Positions 39,177-52,245 of a stretch of DNA of 64,000 nt are shown here, piece by piece. The notes beneath the pieces were generated by a model. It searched no databases and was not told the origin of the DNA. It saw only the letters and a list, made by a program, of their open reading frames with translations. Numbering within the stretch: position 1 is the stretch's first letter; the number at the start of each line of letters is the position of its first letter. The DNA is from Octopus bimaculoides (taxonomy: Eukaryota): contig NC_069004.1 in the NCBI RefSeq assembly GCF_001194135.2, forward strand, positions 25,919,277 through 25,983,276. The letters run 5' to 3'. The translations under genes and the position numbers were made by a program.

Positions 39177-40586
39177 TAGGATCGTGGTTTCGATTCCCAG
39201 ACCGGGCGTTGTGAGTGTTTATTGAGCGAAAACAACTAAAAGCTCCTCGTGACTCCGGCAGGGGGTAGTGGTGAACCTTGCTGTACTCTTTCACCACAAC
39301 TTTCTTCCTGTTTCTGTTGTACCTGTATTTCAAAGGGCCAGCCTTGTCACACTGTGTCACGCTGAATCTCCCCGAGAACTACGTTAAGGGTACACGTGTC
39401 TGTGGAGTGCTCAGCCACTTGCACGATAATCTCACGAGCAGGCTGNNNNNNNNNNTCTGTGGAGTGCTCAGCCACTTGCACGATAATCTCACGAGCAGGC
39501 TGTTCCATTGATCGGATCAACTGGAACCCTCAACGTCGTAAGCGACGGAGTGCCAACAATGCAACATAGGTAAAGGCATGGTTGTGTGGTTTAGAAGTTC
39601 GCTTAGCAACCACATGGTTTTGGGTTCAGTGTCACAGTGCGGTCTTTTTGGCAAGCATCTTTTATTAGAACCTTAAGCCGACCAATGTCTTAGAGTGAAT
39701 TTAATGGACAGGAACTGGGTGGAAGCTTGTGTGTGTGTGTGTCTTTGTTCCTATCCACCACTTGATAACCAATGTTGGTTTGTTTATGTTTCCATCACTC
39801 AGTGGTTCAGCAAATGGAACTTTTAGAATAAGGGCCAAATTTACAAAAATATAAAAATGAAAATTACTGGGGGTCAATCTATTTGACCAAATCCCTTTAA
39901 GGCTGTGCCCCAGCATAGCTGCAGTCCAAAGACTGAAGTAAGTTCTTTTACTTGTTTCAATCTATTGACCAAGCCCGTTCTGGGGTACTGGTTTCAGGTT
40001 TTTTATTTATTTCTTAATATTATTATTGCATCTCTTTGTTTTGACATTATGTGATACTTGTAAACAAGTGGAAATGGCTGTATTAGGTGCATGACAAAAT
40101 TTCCATTTCGTTATAGTTCTTCACTTTAAACTCGCTCTGCTCTGTGACCCAGTATAGGGGCTATTATGTAACATGAACTGCATATCTATTATGAAAGAAA
40201 AGCATGGAGCATAAATTTTCACATCGTACATGCATGATGTTTCTGCCATCAATAATCGATGATAGCAAATTATAAATGCGCTTTGTAAAAAGCATTTGGT
40301 AATACCAAGCATGTCATCAGACAGGAAAGAATATCAATCACAAATATACAAGCATCTTAAATAAATACCTCGGTGTCACATAAAAGCACTTGTGCTGGCA
40401 CCACATAAAAGGTACCCATGCAAATGCCATGTAAAAGGCACCTGTGCCATTGCCATATAAAAAGCACCCAGTACAGTCTGTAAAGTGGTTGTCTTTAGGA
40501 AGGGCATCCAACCATAGAAGCCAAAACAAATGATTGGGGCCTGGTGCAACCCTCCAGGTTGCCATCTCCTGTGAGACTGTCTAACC

Positions 40587-40858
40587 CAGGGGTTTTCAAA
40601 CTTTTTGACTTGCGGACCCCTTTATATTTCAGGCTTTACCTTATAAATTCTTATGAAATTTATACATAAAAATTTGCTTAAAATAACATATATTTTTACA
40701 TTTATTTATTTAACAAATAGGTTTATTGTCAATTAAAAGATTTCGATAAAAAACATATATAAAATCAAATTGCCCATAAAAAGTATTTGCTGTCCACGGA
40801 TTCCCTGTCTTGTCCTTGCAGACCCCTCGTGGTCCGCGGACCAGTTTGAAAACCGCTG
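40587..40858. mobile_element. hAT-type MITE inserted in an older RTE-tailed repeat
   Basis: TIR caggggttttcaaac / gtttgaaaaccgctg; perfect 8-bp TSD gtctaacc. Confidence 0.9.
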
Positions 40859-41174
40859 GTCTAACCCATGCCGGCATAGAAAACAGGTTAAATGATGATG
40901 AGTGTTGACTCAGTTGTTTCCCCTTGTTTCATTATGTCACCAAATGCAATTGCTATTATAGCCAAACCACCATCCCACCTCAGTTTCATCAACTCCCACT
41001 GGTTGTCTTGTAGCTCTCAGGTATTTATATAAGATGCTTGTGATTTATATTACAATCCTCTCTGATGACATATTTGGCATGATTGAAGGCCCTTTGTAAA
41101 TCACACACACACACACACACACTCTCTCACTCACTCACACTCGTATTTAATATATGAATTCTTTCTTTTACCAG

Positions 41175-41324
41175 GTCATTGTTATGAAAAGGAGTTTGGG
41201 TGTAGGCTATGCCGCAGTTGACAATCCAATCTTTTTCAAGCCAAATACATCCATGTTGTTGGGTGATGCCAAGAAGACATGCGATGCTCTCCTCCGCAGA
41301 ATGAGCACTCATTACGAATCATAA
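41175..41324 (+). CDS. NNT: NNT last coding exon with stop
   Basis: [49 protein letters not shown]; ccag|gtc; TAA at 41322-41324. Not in the ORF track because it is under 60 aa. Confidence 0.96.
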   Translation, partial: VIVMKRSLGVGYAAVDNPIFFKPNTSMLLGDAKKTCDALLRRMSTHYES

Positions 41325-42719
41325 CTGCAGTAGCTGTTAGAGCAACGATGTTTATAATTAAAATATATATAAGTAATGAGTCATAGAATATGCATGCATG
41401 CGTGTCTGTCTGTGGTTTGCCACCACAGCCGAGTAGAGCACGAATCTACCTTACTTTCTCTGGTCTGTTGAAACTTAGGAGCTAAAAAGAGAATGCAGTA
41501 TAATACTTGAATTGAACTATTGAACAAACACACACTGTCTCTGTCATTTTGGTGTCTGAACTTGTTTGACCCTTTTTTTTTTTTCCTAAATAAATATAAA
41601 ACTATAGAGAAAGAGATTTTTTTCTCCTTCTCCAATACGAAGGAGTTTGCAGAGAAAAAAATTGAAGTAGATAAAAGGGGCTTCATGAGCCCTTGAATCT
41701 TTCTCCATATACTTTCTTAGGCTTCAAAGGCCCTTTCAGAAAAACATCTGCAGAAGAGTTCTTTCTCTTCCTTCCTATTTCTTCATATCGCCAGCTACTT
41801 CATGTTTGTGCTTTAAAAAAAAAAAAAAAATAAANNNNNNNNNNNNNNNNNNNNNNNNNNNNNNNNNNNNNNNNNNNNNNNNNNNNNNNNNNNNNNNNNN
41901 NNNNNNNNNNNNNNNNNNNNNNNNNNNNNNNNNNNNNNNNNNNNNNNNNNNNNNNNNNNNNNNNNNNNNNNNNNNNNNNNNNNNNNNNNNNNNNNNNNNN
42001 NNNNNNNNNNNNNNNNNNNNNNNNNNNNNNNNNNNNNNNNNNNNNNNNNNNNNNNNNNNNNNNNNNNNNNNNNNNNNNNNNNNNNNNNNNNNNNNNNNNN
42101 NNNNNNNNNNNNNNNNNNNNNNNNNNNNNNNNNNNNNNNNNNNNNNNNNNNNNNNNNNNNNNNNNNNNNNNNNNNACAAAGGAAAAAAAGGGAACTCACC
42201 ACAGTTTAATTTTTTAAAAGTTTTTTATTTGGCCCACACCCTCGAAGTTGACTCAGTAAAACAAAACAAAAAAAAACAAAAATCTATTGATTTAAAAATT
42301 AAAAACAAAACCGATACCTGAGTTTCGTTTTTTGAGTAAGTTATTTTTTAATTGCTGTATTGGGTTATTTGCATCTTCTGTGGTGGATAATCAGTGTTCA
42401 AATGCATTTGATCTGGGTAAATTATAATGCAAATTATAATGATGAACTATTGCGGTTCATCATCCAGTTGCATTTGGAATTTCCACTGCAGAGGATGCAA
42501 ATAACCACAATGGTGAAACGTGTGTAGGGAACAAATGAGTTGAACATCTTGTGTTTATCATGGTTTTTTCCCATATTTGCTTTGTATACCACAGCCAGTA
42601 ATGCAATTAAGAACAGTAATAACCACACCACTATATTTTTATTACTACTACTTTTTTCTGGCTCCACCTGATCATCCCTTCTCCACTTCTAAAATGTGAG
42701 TCATTTAGTTCCTCTACAA

Positions 42720-42962
42720 CAGGGTTTCAAACCCTTTTCCTTCTTATAAACCCCTTTCATACCTACTTTTACACTACTGGACCCTCATAGCCATTCAATG
42801 TCTAAAAAAAATTCCTATTATATTTTCATAGTTAGGAATAAAACATTTTATTAAATATTTTGTATATTATAGAAATATAACCAATTTATTGTGCATAGAT
42901 TGTAACAACAAAATCTTGTATGGACCCCCAAGGGTCATATGAATCCTGGTTGAGAACTGCTG
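42720..42962. mobile_element. hAT-type MITE
   Basis: cagggtttcaaacc ... ggttgagaactgctg; 8-bp TSD ctctacaa/ctctacag. Confidence 0.8.
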
Positions 42963-43024
42963 CTCTACAGTAAGAAACCTGTTCCACTCTAACCCCTTCT
43001 CTCATATTTTAATCCCTCATCTTC

Positions 43025-44660
43025 CAGCATAGCTGGGAAACCATCGGGGCCAGTTGCCAAATTTGAGCTCATTTCGTTTATGGCAGCTATTACATCTTCC
43101 TCTTCAATGTCAATGTAGGTAATGGATGCAGTCTTTTTCTGCTGAGTGATATTGTCAAAGAAATCAGCTGGGTTCTTTATCTGCATGTGACTCAGAGGAG
43201 AAGTGAAAACACTCTTGAATTGTGCACTGAGCACTTCACTTATCCATGTGGGGTCCGCAGTCAGTGAGCCATTANNNNNNNNNNNNNNNNNNNNNNNNNN
43301 NNNNNNNNNNNNNNNNNNNNNNNNNNNCTCTCTCCTTTTCATGGGAGAGTTTGATCTTGTTTTCTATTTCTAACAGTGTTAGTTTTAATTTAGCCCTTTT
43401 CCTATCATCCAGTTCTCTATTTAACTGGTTTGAGACCTTTGTTCTGTGTCTCATAAGGATTTTCCTGTCTCTAGGAATTCTATTGGCATGTTTGCTGGTC
43501 TTTCTTTTTGGCACGTATGTCTTGTATGGTTGACATAAAATGACTTAGTTTGAGGTCATTGTCTTGTATAGAAAGGCTGTCATGCCAGTTTTGATTTTGA
43601 ATCTCTTTGTGAATTGACTTCCAGTCCGCCCTGTAGAAATTCAGGTTGGATATGGCTTGAGTCCTCCTGATGGGGTGGGTGTCAGTGGGTTGTCTAGGAC
43701 CATACATAATTAATTCTATAATGTTATGATCTGAGAGAGATGTAGGTGTTACTTTCACATTATGGATTAGGCTCACGTTGTTTGTGAAGCAGAGATCTAA
43801 AATATTGCTTCCCCTGGTTGGTTGGAGTATCACTTGTTCCATGAACAGCAGGTTGGGGAATTCTTACAAAGATTTTGCCTGGCTTTGTTCATGCACTGAC
43901 ATCCCAGACAGGATGTGACCTTCAGGACATTTAACCTTTGGGAGGTTAAAGTCGCTTTGGAAAAGTATATTGATGTGTTGGTCCAGATTTGTCAAGACCT
44001 CTTCCATGCGTCTGAGGCTAACCTCAAATTTACCCTCCTGCTTTGCGGTATTTGGTGGACGGTATGTTGAGCATACAACTACATCAATTTGTTTTATGTA
44101 TACTATTAAAGTATCACATACAGAGTTTGAGTGTGATAGTAGTAGTAGGGGTGTGACATCTCGGATGTACATTGCAACTCCCCCATGATTTCTATCCCTT
44201 CTGTCTGTTTGGAGTACGGCATACCCTGGTATGTTTATCTCCGCATCTGCTATATTAGATGTTAGATGCGTTTCGGTAAGCACCATGCATATTGCTTGAT
44301 TGCATGTTACTAGGTCTTTCAGGTATTGAAACTTGTCTTTGTCGCCTGTTTGTAATAGGCCCCGGATATTCAGTAGGAATATGGGTGTGATATCTGTGCA
44401 GGGGTTCCTGGTGTTAGTGGTGGCCATCCCTGATCCATCATCTGTGCGGTGTTGACTCTGTATCCACGTTAGCTGATGCACCATTTTCTGGGCCATGCTT
44501 AAAGAAGCTTTCTGTTCAGCTGCTGCAGTTCGCACAGCCTCTGCACACAGCCTTTTGTTGGGAGCAGAAGGAATATATGGACTTCTCTCTTTGTGAGTCC
44601 TGTTGGTTCTTGGTGGATTATGGGTATGCAGGTTTAAGCTTTTTGCGCTCCGGTTTTTTT
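43025..44660 (-). mobile_element. CR1/L2-like LINE fragment: ORF1 end, AP endonuclease and linker, broken at the start of RT
   Basis: FLLNIRGL...LTETHL...GGVAMYI...YRPP...SDFNLP...PTRGSNILDLCFTN...SDHNII...ATGPDGFPAML; stops and frameshifts between the ORF pieces. Confidence 0.92.
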
Positions 44661-46029
44661 TTTTTGTGAGTGGTCATCTAGCTTGTTTAGCTGGTGGTGT
44701 TTGGGATGGGCAAATTTTTCTTCATAGAGAAGAAAAGTGACTTTGTTCCCCAATACATTAAGGTTCTTTATTGTGGAATTATCAATCTAGGTTTAAAATA
44801 AGAACCAAGGAAGATCTATTTTTGTTTGCTCCAAGCGGATTTGGCCGGTGGAAACTGAAAGAAGCCCATCATATATATGTGTTTGTCTCCCCATCACCGC
44901 TTGACAACTGGTGTTGGTTTGTTTGCACCCTTGCAAAAGGGGTTGATAGAATATGTCCTGGGGTCGATTTATTTGACTAAAACCCTTCAAGGCAGTTCTC
45001 CAACATGGCTGCAATCATAAAAGAATATGAAATGGTCTTTTGATTTCCATCGACAAAATCTATTCACAAGGTTTTGGCCAGCTTGTGGTTATAGCAGAAG
45101 GCATTTGCCCAAGGCACCACGCAGAGAGATGGAACCTGGGATCATGTGCTTGAGAAGCTTCTTAACATGTAGCCACGTCCGTGCCTATTGGTATACTAGA
45201 AAACGTTAACAGATCTGATTATTATTTCTATCAGAGATATTTGCAGTTTATTTTAAAGGAAGCACAACATTTGAACCACAGCTTGCCAGCAACCCACACC
45301 CCTGAACATATATTTATAAGATATAAGCTGATTTTCTGGCTGCCCTCACCCCCTTTTTTATTTTTCTTTATTGAAACAAATTGTCTTTTGCAAGCCATCA
45401 ACTAAACATCAAAAAAAAAAAAAAAGAAATACAAGTAGTGCTAAGCGATTCAAGGGAGAATACTCTGGACTGTATAAATATCTTCTTTGGTAGCCTTAGA
45501 GAGAAATTGAACCTGTTATTGCAAGCTAATAAAAATATTCAGCAAGCAACTACTTGACCATCACTTTTACCATAAGTTACTCATACAGAGTGCCCCTGGA
45601 CTGGCTCTTGTGCGGGTGGCACATAAAATACACCATTTCGAGCGTGGCCGTTGCCAGTACCGCCTGACTGGCCTTCGTGCCGGTGGCACGTAAAAAGCAT
45701 CCACTACACTCTCTGAGTGGCTGGCGTTAGGAAGGGCATCCAGTTGTAGAAACTCTGCCAAATTAGNNNNNNNNNNTTAGGAAGGGCATCCAGTTGTAGA
45801 AACTCTGCCAAATTAGATTGGAACCTGGTGTAGCCATCTGGTTTCACCAGTCCTCAGTCAAATCGTCCAATCCATGCTAGCATGGAAAGCGGACGTTAAA
45901 CGACGATGATGATGATGTATGTGTGTGTATGCATATATATATGTACATACACACACATACATATATACTCGTATATACACATACCCACACATATTCTTTG
46001 ATTTGTTTCAGTCATTTGACTGGAGCACT

Positions 46030-46400
46030 GCCCCAAAAGGTTTTAGTTGCTGTACTATGCTACAAGATTAGCCTGAGCTTAAGTACTCTATCACATACTC
46101 TGACTACCTCTATGACCTTATCCACGCATTTCTCAGCAAGAAGTATGCCCACACCACCTACCCCATTGCTGTTACCTTCTTAGATTTTATACCTATGTGT
46201 CTTGCCTGTGAGGAACCTGGCTGAAGCTCCTTTCCACCTTACCTCTTGAATGCAAGACACATCAACAATCTTGCTAGGCCTACATTGACAGTGCCAACTC
46301 TGAGAAACTGGAAAGGGACACTGGAAGAAGAGACGGTATTGAGCCCCCTGAAAAGAAGGTTTAGATGATCGTTTGATAACAGACATGTCACATCAGTTGT
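46030..46400 (-). mobile_element. RTE-clade LINE endonuclease N-terminal fragment
   Basis: VDVSCIQEVRWKGASARFLTGKTHRYKI*...GVGGVGILLAEKCVDKVIEVVRVCDRVLKLRL. Confidence 0.88.
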
Positions 46401-47159
46401 TCTTATTGGGAGGGGGTGAATGTAACGAAAGCATTGTAAATATAAGCGTTATTGCTACAAATATAAATAGGTCAATGATTAAATTAAGTAATAATTTATA
46501 TAGAGAGAGAAAGAGGTAGGTGGTTTGTTCATTTCCTAAGTAACATATCTCCTTTTAGTACATGCAGTAGTGTGGATGATGGGGGGGGGGCAGAGCTGCA
46601 CAAGTCTTCTGATACAGAAGCGAAGCAGAGCCCTGTAGGAGTTTCCAGTATAAGAGATTTCCAATATAGGTGGTGGGGACAGGAATGGGTGGGTGGATGC
46701 ATCACAGATAAGCTTCGCCTCAGGAAATAGCAATAGAAGTAAGGCACAGAGAGAGAGAGAGGCTTGAAAGACTTTATCGCTGGAGGAAATCATGACAAGA
46801 ATGAGAAAGATACGAATTATAAAACAAGGCAAGAACGTTTACGAATTTTAGAGTGAGGGAGAGATCACTGAGGAAAACATGGCAAAGTATGNNNNNNNNN
46901 NNNNNNNNNNNNNNNNNNNNNNNNNNNNNNNNNNNNNNNNNNNNNNNNNNNNNNNNNNNNNNNNNNNNNNNNNNNNNNNNNNNNNNNNNNNNNNNNNNNN
47001 NNNNNNNNNNNNNNNNNNNNNNNNNNNNNNNNNNNNNNNNNNNNNNNNNNNNNNNNNNNNNNNNNNNNNNNNNNNNNNNNNNNNNNNNNNNNNNNNNNNN
47101 NNNNNNNNNNNNNNNNNNNNNNNNNNNNNNNNNNNNNNNNNNNNNNNNNNNNNNNNNNN

Positions 47160-47519
47160 GTAAGTAGCTTGCTTACGAACCACATGGTTCCGGGTTCAGT
47201 CCCACTGCGTGGCACCTTGGGCAAGTGTCTTCTACTATAGCCTCGGGCCGACCAAAACCTTGTGAGTGGATTTGGTAGACGGAAACTGAAAGAAGCCTGT
47301 CGTATATATGTTTGTGTGTCTGTGTTTGTCCCCCCCCCCCAACATCGCTTGACAACTGATGCTGGTGTGTTTACGTCCCCGTAACCTAGCGGTTCGGCAA
47401 AAGAGACCGATAGAATAAGTACTAGGCTTCCAAAGAATAAGTCCTGGGGTCGATTTGCTCGACTAAAGGCGGTGCTCCAGCATGGCCACAGTCAAATGAC
47501 TGAAACCAGTAAAAGAGTA
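47160..47519 (+). mobile_element. tRNA-derived CORE-like SINE, family B (many copies, e.g. 11988-12385 -, 35761-36125 +, 50119-50452 +, 55064-55455 +, 57831-58193 -)
   Basis: Head ggctgtgtggtaagaagcttgcttcccaaccacatggttccgggttcagtccc, then gcaccttgggcaagtgtctt resembling the CORE-SINE core, and a (gtaaaaga)n tail. A CORE-type SINE (OR2) is published for octopus, but family identity was not verified. Confidence 0.88.
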
Positions 47520-48299
47520 GGAGAGGTACCTGTATTTACTGAAATCTTCAAGATTTGTATTTGGAATAATGAAGTTGTTTCATTGTTTGTTTATATTTCA
47601 AAAATTTACATGTGCATATATGGGGTCCACATGATAAGATAGCTCTCAGGGGGTCCACAAGCAAAATAAGATTGGAAACCTCTGAGTTAGATGAATGAGT
47701 GATTAAAACTAGAGAAATTTCTTAGAAATAATGTTGTTTACCTGTTGTTTCTAGCATATCAGGTTTACTGGTGGTGGTCTGGTATTTTTTAAGTCTGCTA
47801 TTTCAGTAGAATTCTCTGCATGCGGGGAAACATCAGACGAAAGTGAAAGATTGGGAAATTTTAGCTTTTTGAAAGCTGGTAGGTGATGGCTGGGTGAGGT
47901 GGGGGAAGGGCCATTGAGTTTTTCTATAAGAAAAATTATGTATGCATATGTATTAAACTATAAAAAATATACATATTTCCCAAATTTGTAATCTCTGCAT
48001 TTTTCTATGTAGGTACCAAAAAAAGAAAAAAACATTACAAATTAAGAAATTGTGATGGAGATTAGGGGGAAATTAAAAATATTGAAAACATGATTTCTGG
48101 ACAAAATCGTATTAACCTCCTTTTATATGGTGAAACAATACATAGTTTCTGATCCTTCTTAAGAACAGAAAGCACTTTCATGCAAATTGTACCCTTGCCC
48201 TTCACTATTAAACAAAATGATGACTTCCATTAATATCAGCTGTGCCGATTCTGCCCATAAGAAAGGAGCAAATAATACAATGTGCTTGTAGGTCACAAC

Positions 48300-48328
48300 A
48301 CCCGGGCAACGCCGGGATGCAATGCTAG
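48300..48328 (+). mobile_element. Possible Helitron 3' terminus
   Basis: GC hairpin cccgg-gcaacg-ccggg followed 8 nt later by CTAG; 5' end not identified and the next base is not the usual T. Confidence 0.5.
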
Positions 48329-48879
48329 CATACAATATATAAATACATGTGTATATATATATATATATATATAATACTATCAATAATATATGCATATATA
48401 CATACATATACGTATATACATGCATGTATGGGTACAGGACATTAAAAAAAAACGTAGACGAAATGAGAACATAAAAAACAAAAGCATAGAAAACGAACAT
48501 TTTTTCGAACAACGAAAGAAAGAAACAGAGAAACGAGACAGGCAACATCAAGACCATTCCCTTCATCAGTTGTCCCCTGTTTTATCTACTCCGCATTGTG
48601 CATACATGAATAGATTTATGTATAAATATTTATATGAAAATACATTAAAAAAAAACCCTCTGATTTTTCTTCATAGAGAAGAAAAGTGACTTTGTTCCCC
48701 AATACATTAGGGTCCTTTATTGTGGAATTATCAATCTAGGTTTAAAATAAGAACCAATATAGTTTTTACATAAGGAAGANNNNNNNNNNNNNNNNNNNNN
48801 NNNNNNNNNNNNNNNNNNNNNNNNNNNNNNNNNNNNNNNNNNNNNNNNNNNNNNNNNNNNNNNNNNNNNNNNNNNNNNN

Positions 48880-48918
<39 letters not shown>

Positions 48919-49115
48919 AGAGAGAATCAGAGTATGAGCAATGAATGACTATAAAAGGTGAGGGTCACTCAGTGGAGAATTATTCTGGATTAAATCATGG
49001 TAGGAATCCTGAGATTAAAAGATCACTGCCATTGCTATCACCACTGCTGCCACCACATAACAACAAAAAGGGGAGACAAAAAAGAAGGGGGGAAAGGAAA
49101 AACAAGGAAACTTAC

Positions 49116-49241
49116 TTGAACAATATTTGGATGCGACAGCTGTGTTAGCATAGATGCTTCTAAAGGAATCCGACCATGAATGGGATCGTCCCTCCAGTTT
49201 TCAGTCAGGACTTTAGAACGAAGGATATATTTCACAATTAC
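49116..49241 (-). CDS. PASK: PASK exon (kinase subdomains II-IV); last PASK exon detected
   Basis: VIVKYILRSKVLTENWRDDPIHGRIPLEASMLTQLSHPNIVQ (cf. [20 protein letters not shown]...LEIAILSRVEHANIIK); gcag|gta...caa|gtaagt. Confidence 0.93.
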
Positions 49242-51298
49242 CTGCAGACACAAGTTAAAACAGAAAGGTTTTATACACACATGAAAATACATACATATAC
49301 ATATGATCTTCGAACGTTGGGCCACACGAAGACAATGACAAATAACTGACACCTTTGGCGATATGCCGTGCTTAAGAAGAGCCGTCAAGCTGAGTGGAAT
49401 CGCAGTCATGCCTGATGCCAGTGTCGCATAACTGGCACCCTGGTGGCACATAAAAAAACACCCTTCAAACGTTGAGTGATATGCTGTGCCTGAGAAGACC
49501 CATCAAGCCAAGTGAAATCATAGTTGTGGCCGATGCCAGTGTTGTGCAACTGGCGTCTGTGCTGGTTGCACGGAGAAAGCACTCTTATAACTTTGGGCCT
49601 CACAAACGCGGTGACAAGTGACTGAGACCTTTGGCAATACAACATGCTTGAGAAGACCTGTCGAGCTAAGCGAGGTTGCAATTCATGGCTGGCATATACA
49701 AAGCACCCACTACACTCTTGGAGTGGTTGGCATTAGGAAGGGCATTCAGCTGTAGAAACCATGCCAAATCAGAATGGAGCCTGATGCAGCTCCTCAACTT
49801 TGTAGTTTTCAGTCAAACAGTCCAACCCATGCCAGCATGGAAAACAGACGTTAGATGATGATGATGACATACATAAGTGGTGGCAAGTGGCTTAGTGGTT
49901 AGGGTTACACGGCTGGTGATAATAAGGTTGTGAGTTTGATTCCTAATGGCGTGTTGTGGTCTTCAGCAAGACACTTTATTCCGTGTTGCTTCAGTCCACT
50001 CAGCTGTCAAAAATGAGTTGTCCCTGTGGTTCAAAAAGGCCAGCCTTGTCACTGAATCTCCCTGAGAACTATGTTAAAGGTATGCATGCTTGATTAACAA
50101 CTTGCCTTTACTTACATCATGTGTGGCTGTGCGGTAAGAAGCTTGCATCCCAACCACATGGTTCCGGGTTCAGCCCCACTGCGTGGCACCTTGGGCAAGT
50201 GTCTTCTACTATAGCCTCAGGCCGACCAAAGCCTTGTGAGTGGATCTGATAGACAGAAACTGAAAGAAGCCTGTCGTATATATTTATGTATATGTGTTTG
50301 TCCCTCCACCATTGCTTGACAACCGATGTTGGTGTGTTTACATGCCTGTAACTTAGAGGTTCAGCAAAAGTGTCCTGGGGTCGATTTGTTTGACTAAAGG
50401 CAGTACTCCAGCATGGCCATAGTCAAATGACTAGAACAAATAAAAGAAAAGAATGTCTGTGGAGTGCTCAACCACTTGTACATTGATTTCATGAGCAGGC
50501 TGTTCCTTTGATTGAATCAACTGGAAACCTCATTGTTGTAACCAATGGAATGCTAATTTTTTTCTATATATACAGGCATAAACACACACACAGATCATCA
50601 TCATCATCATTTAAGTAATGTTTCCATGCTGGCATGGTTTGGACAGTTTGACAGGATCCAGTGAACTGTAGAGCTGCATCAGACCCAAGAGTCAGCTTTG
50701 GTATAGTTTCCATCTTAATGCCAACCATGAGTACATCTTATGTGGCACTGGAACAGGTGCTTTTCAAATGGCACCAAAACAGGGTAAGACAAGCCTTGAT
50801 GATATGCCATGCTTGAGAAGACTCATCAAACCAAACAAAACTGCAGTCGTGGCTGTTGCCCAGGTCATGTAATTGACACCCATGACATCATAGCCGTGAC
50901 TGTTACTGGAACCTGGTGGAGTTCTCTGGCTTACCTGTTCCATATCTCCTTATTGCCCACTAGGGGCTAAACATAGAGGGGCCAAACAAGGACAGACAAA
51001 GGGATTAAGTCGATTACATTGACCCCAGTGCATAACTGGTACTTAATTTATCGACACCAAAAGGACGAAAGGCAAAATCGACCTCGGTGGAATTTGAACT
51101 CAGAACGTAACGGCAGACGAAATACCGCTAAGCACTTCACCTGGCGTGCTAACATTTCTGCCAGCTCGCCACCTTANNNNNNNNNNAATACCGCTAAGCA
51201 CTTCACCTGGCGTGCTAACATTTCTGCCAGCTCGCCACCTTAATCTCTGGCTTACCTGTTCCAGTCAAACCAGTCAACCCATGCCAGCATGGCACGAA

Positions 51299-51333
<35 letters not shown>

Positions 51334-51454
51334 ATAAATAAGGGCAAGTTGTTAACCAGATTCACGTTTCGGATAAATTTCCACAAAAGACGGACACGTC
51401 CTGGACTCTTTCGTCCCTGTGTTAGTAAGCGAGAAACTAAAGAGGAAAACTTAC

Positions 51455-51625
51455 CTCGGTGTCGGATGATTTGTTCACTGATACCACGACAAACCCAAAT
51501 GCCCCGTGACCAATGGTGCGCAGGTTCTGATAATTCAAGTCGTATGCTTTGCATAATGGGTATGACTCTTCACCATCTCCGTTGCATTTTGTTCCTCCCC
51601 CAAAGCCACCATGAGATGAACAAGA
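51455..51625 (-). CDS. PASK: PASK exon (kinase subdomain I, Gly-rich loop)
   Basis: ...YDLNYQNLRTIGHGAFGFVVVSVNKSSDTE; accag|tct...gag|gtaagt. Confidence 0.93.
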
Positions 51626-52245
51626 CTGGTAAAAAGAATGAAAGTGGGAGAAGGATAAGGAGATATTGCTCATAGAATTCCTCAAATGAAGACAATACAG
51701 AAGATATAAGTGCCGGCTGTGCGGTAAGAAGCTTGCTTCCCAACCACATGGGTTCTGGATTCAGACTAATAGATAAAAGAAGTGAGATATAAGTAATGAT
51801 AACAAAATTCTGATTTAGGCACAAACAAGGCCAACATATTTTGAATGGAAGGGAAGACTAAGTCAACTAAATCAACCCCAGCACATCAGTGGTATGTTTT
51901 TTTTTTCTTCAACCCCAGGTGGAAGAATAGAAAAGTTGATCTCAGTGGAATTTGAACACAGAAAATAAAGAGCCAGAATAAATAGCTCAAGGCAGAGAGT
52001 CTCAGCTGGCATACACCGACACTAATAACACGGCCAGCTGTAGCTCTTACAGATATCTAACAAAGTGAAGGCAAGATGTCTTTAGCTGAGCCCACCCTGT
52101 TGGAAACATCCAAGCTATTTTGCCAGTCTAAAGCTAACTTACTTCTCTTTTGCCATCAATCTCAAAGACAGCTCTTCCCATCTTTCACTAATTGCTACAA
52201 AAACAATGAGAGAGTGAGAGAGAGAGAAAGAAAGAAAAGACCTAC

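Noticed and set aside
42434-42667. 77-aa minus-strand ORF with a TM-like stretch as a PASK exon or new gene
   Set aside because: No kinase motifs, a non-ATG (GTG) start, and it overlaps a small imperfect inverted repeat (about 42361-42509).
46600-46700. GNSYRA resembling the PASK GNPYRG segment
   Set aside because: Flanking residues do not match subdomains VIII-IX and there are no suitable splice sites; coincidence.
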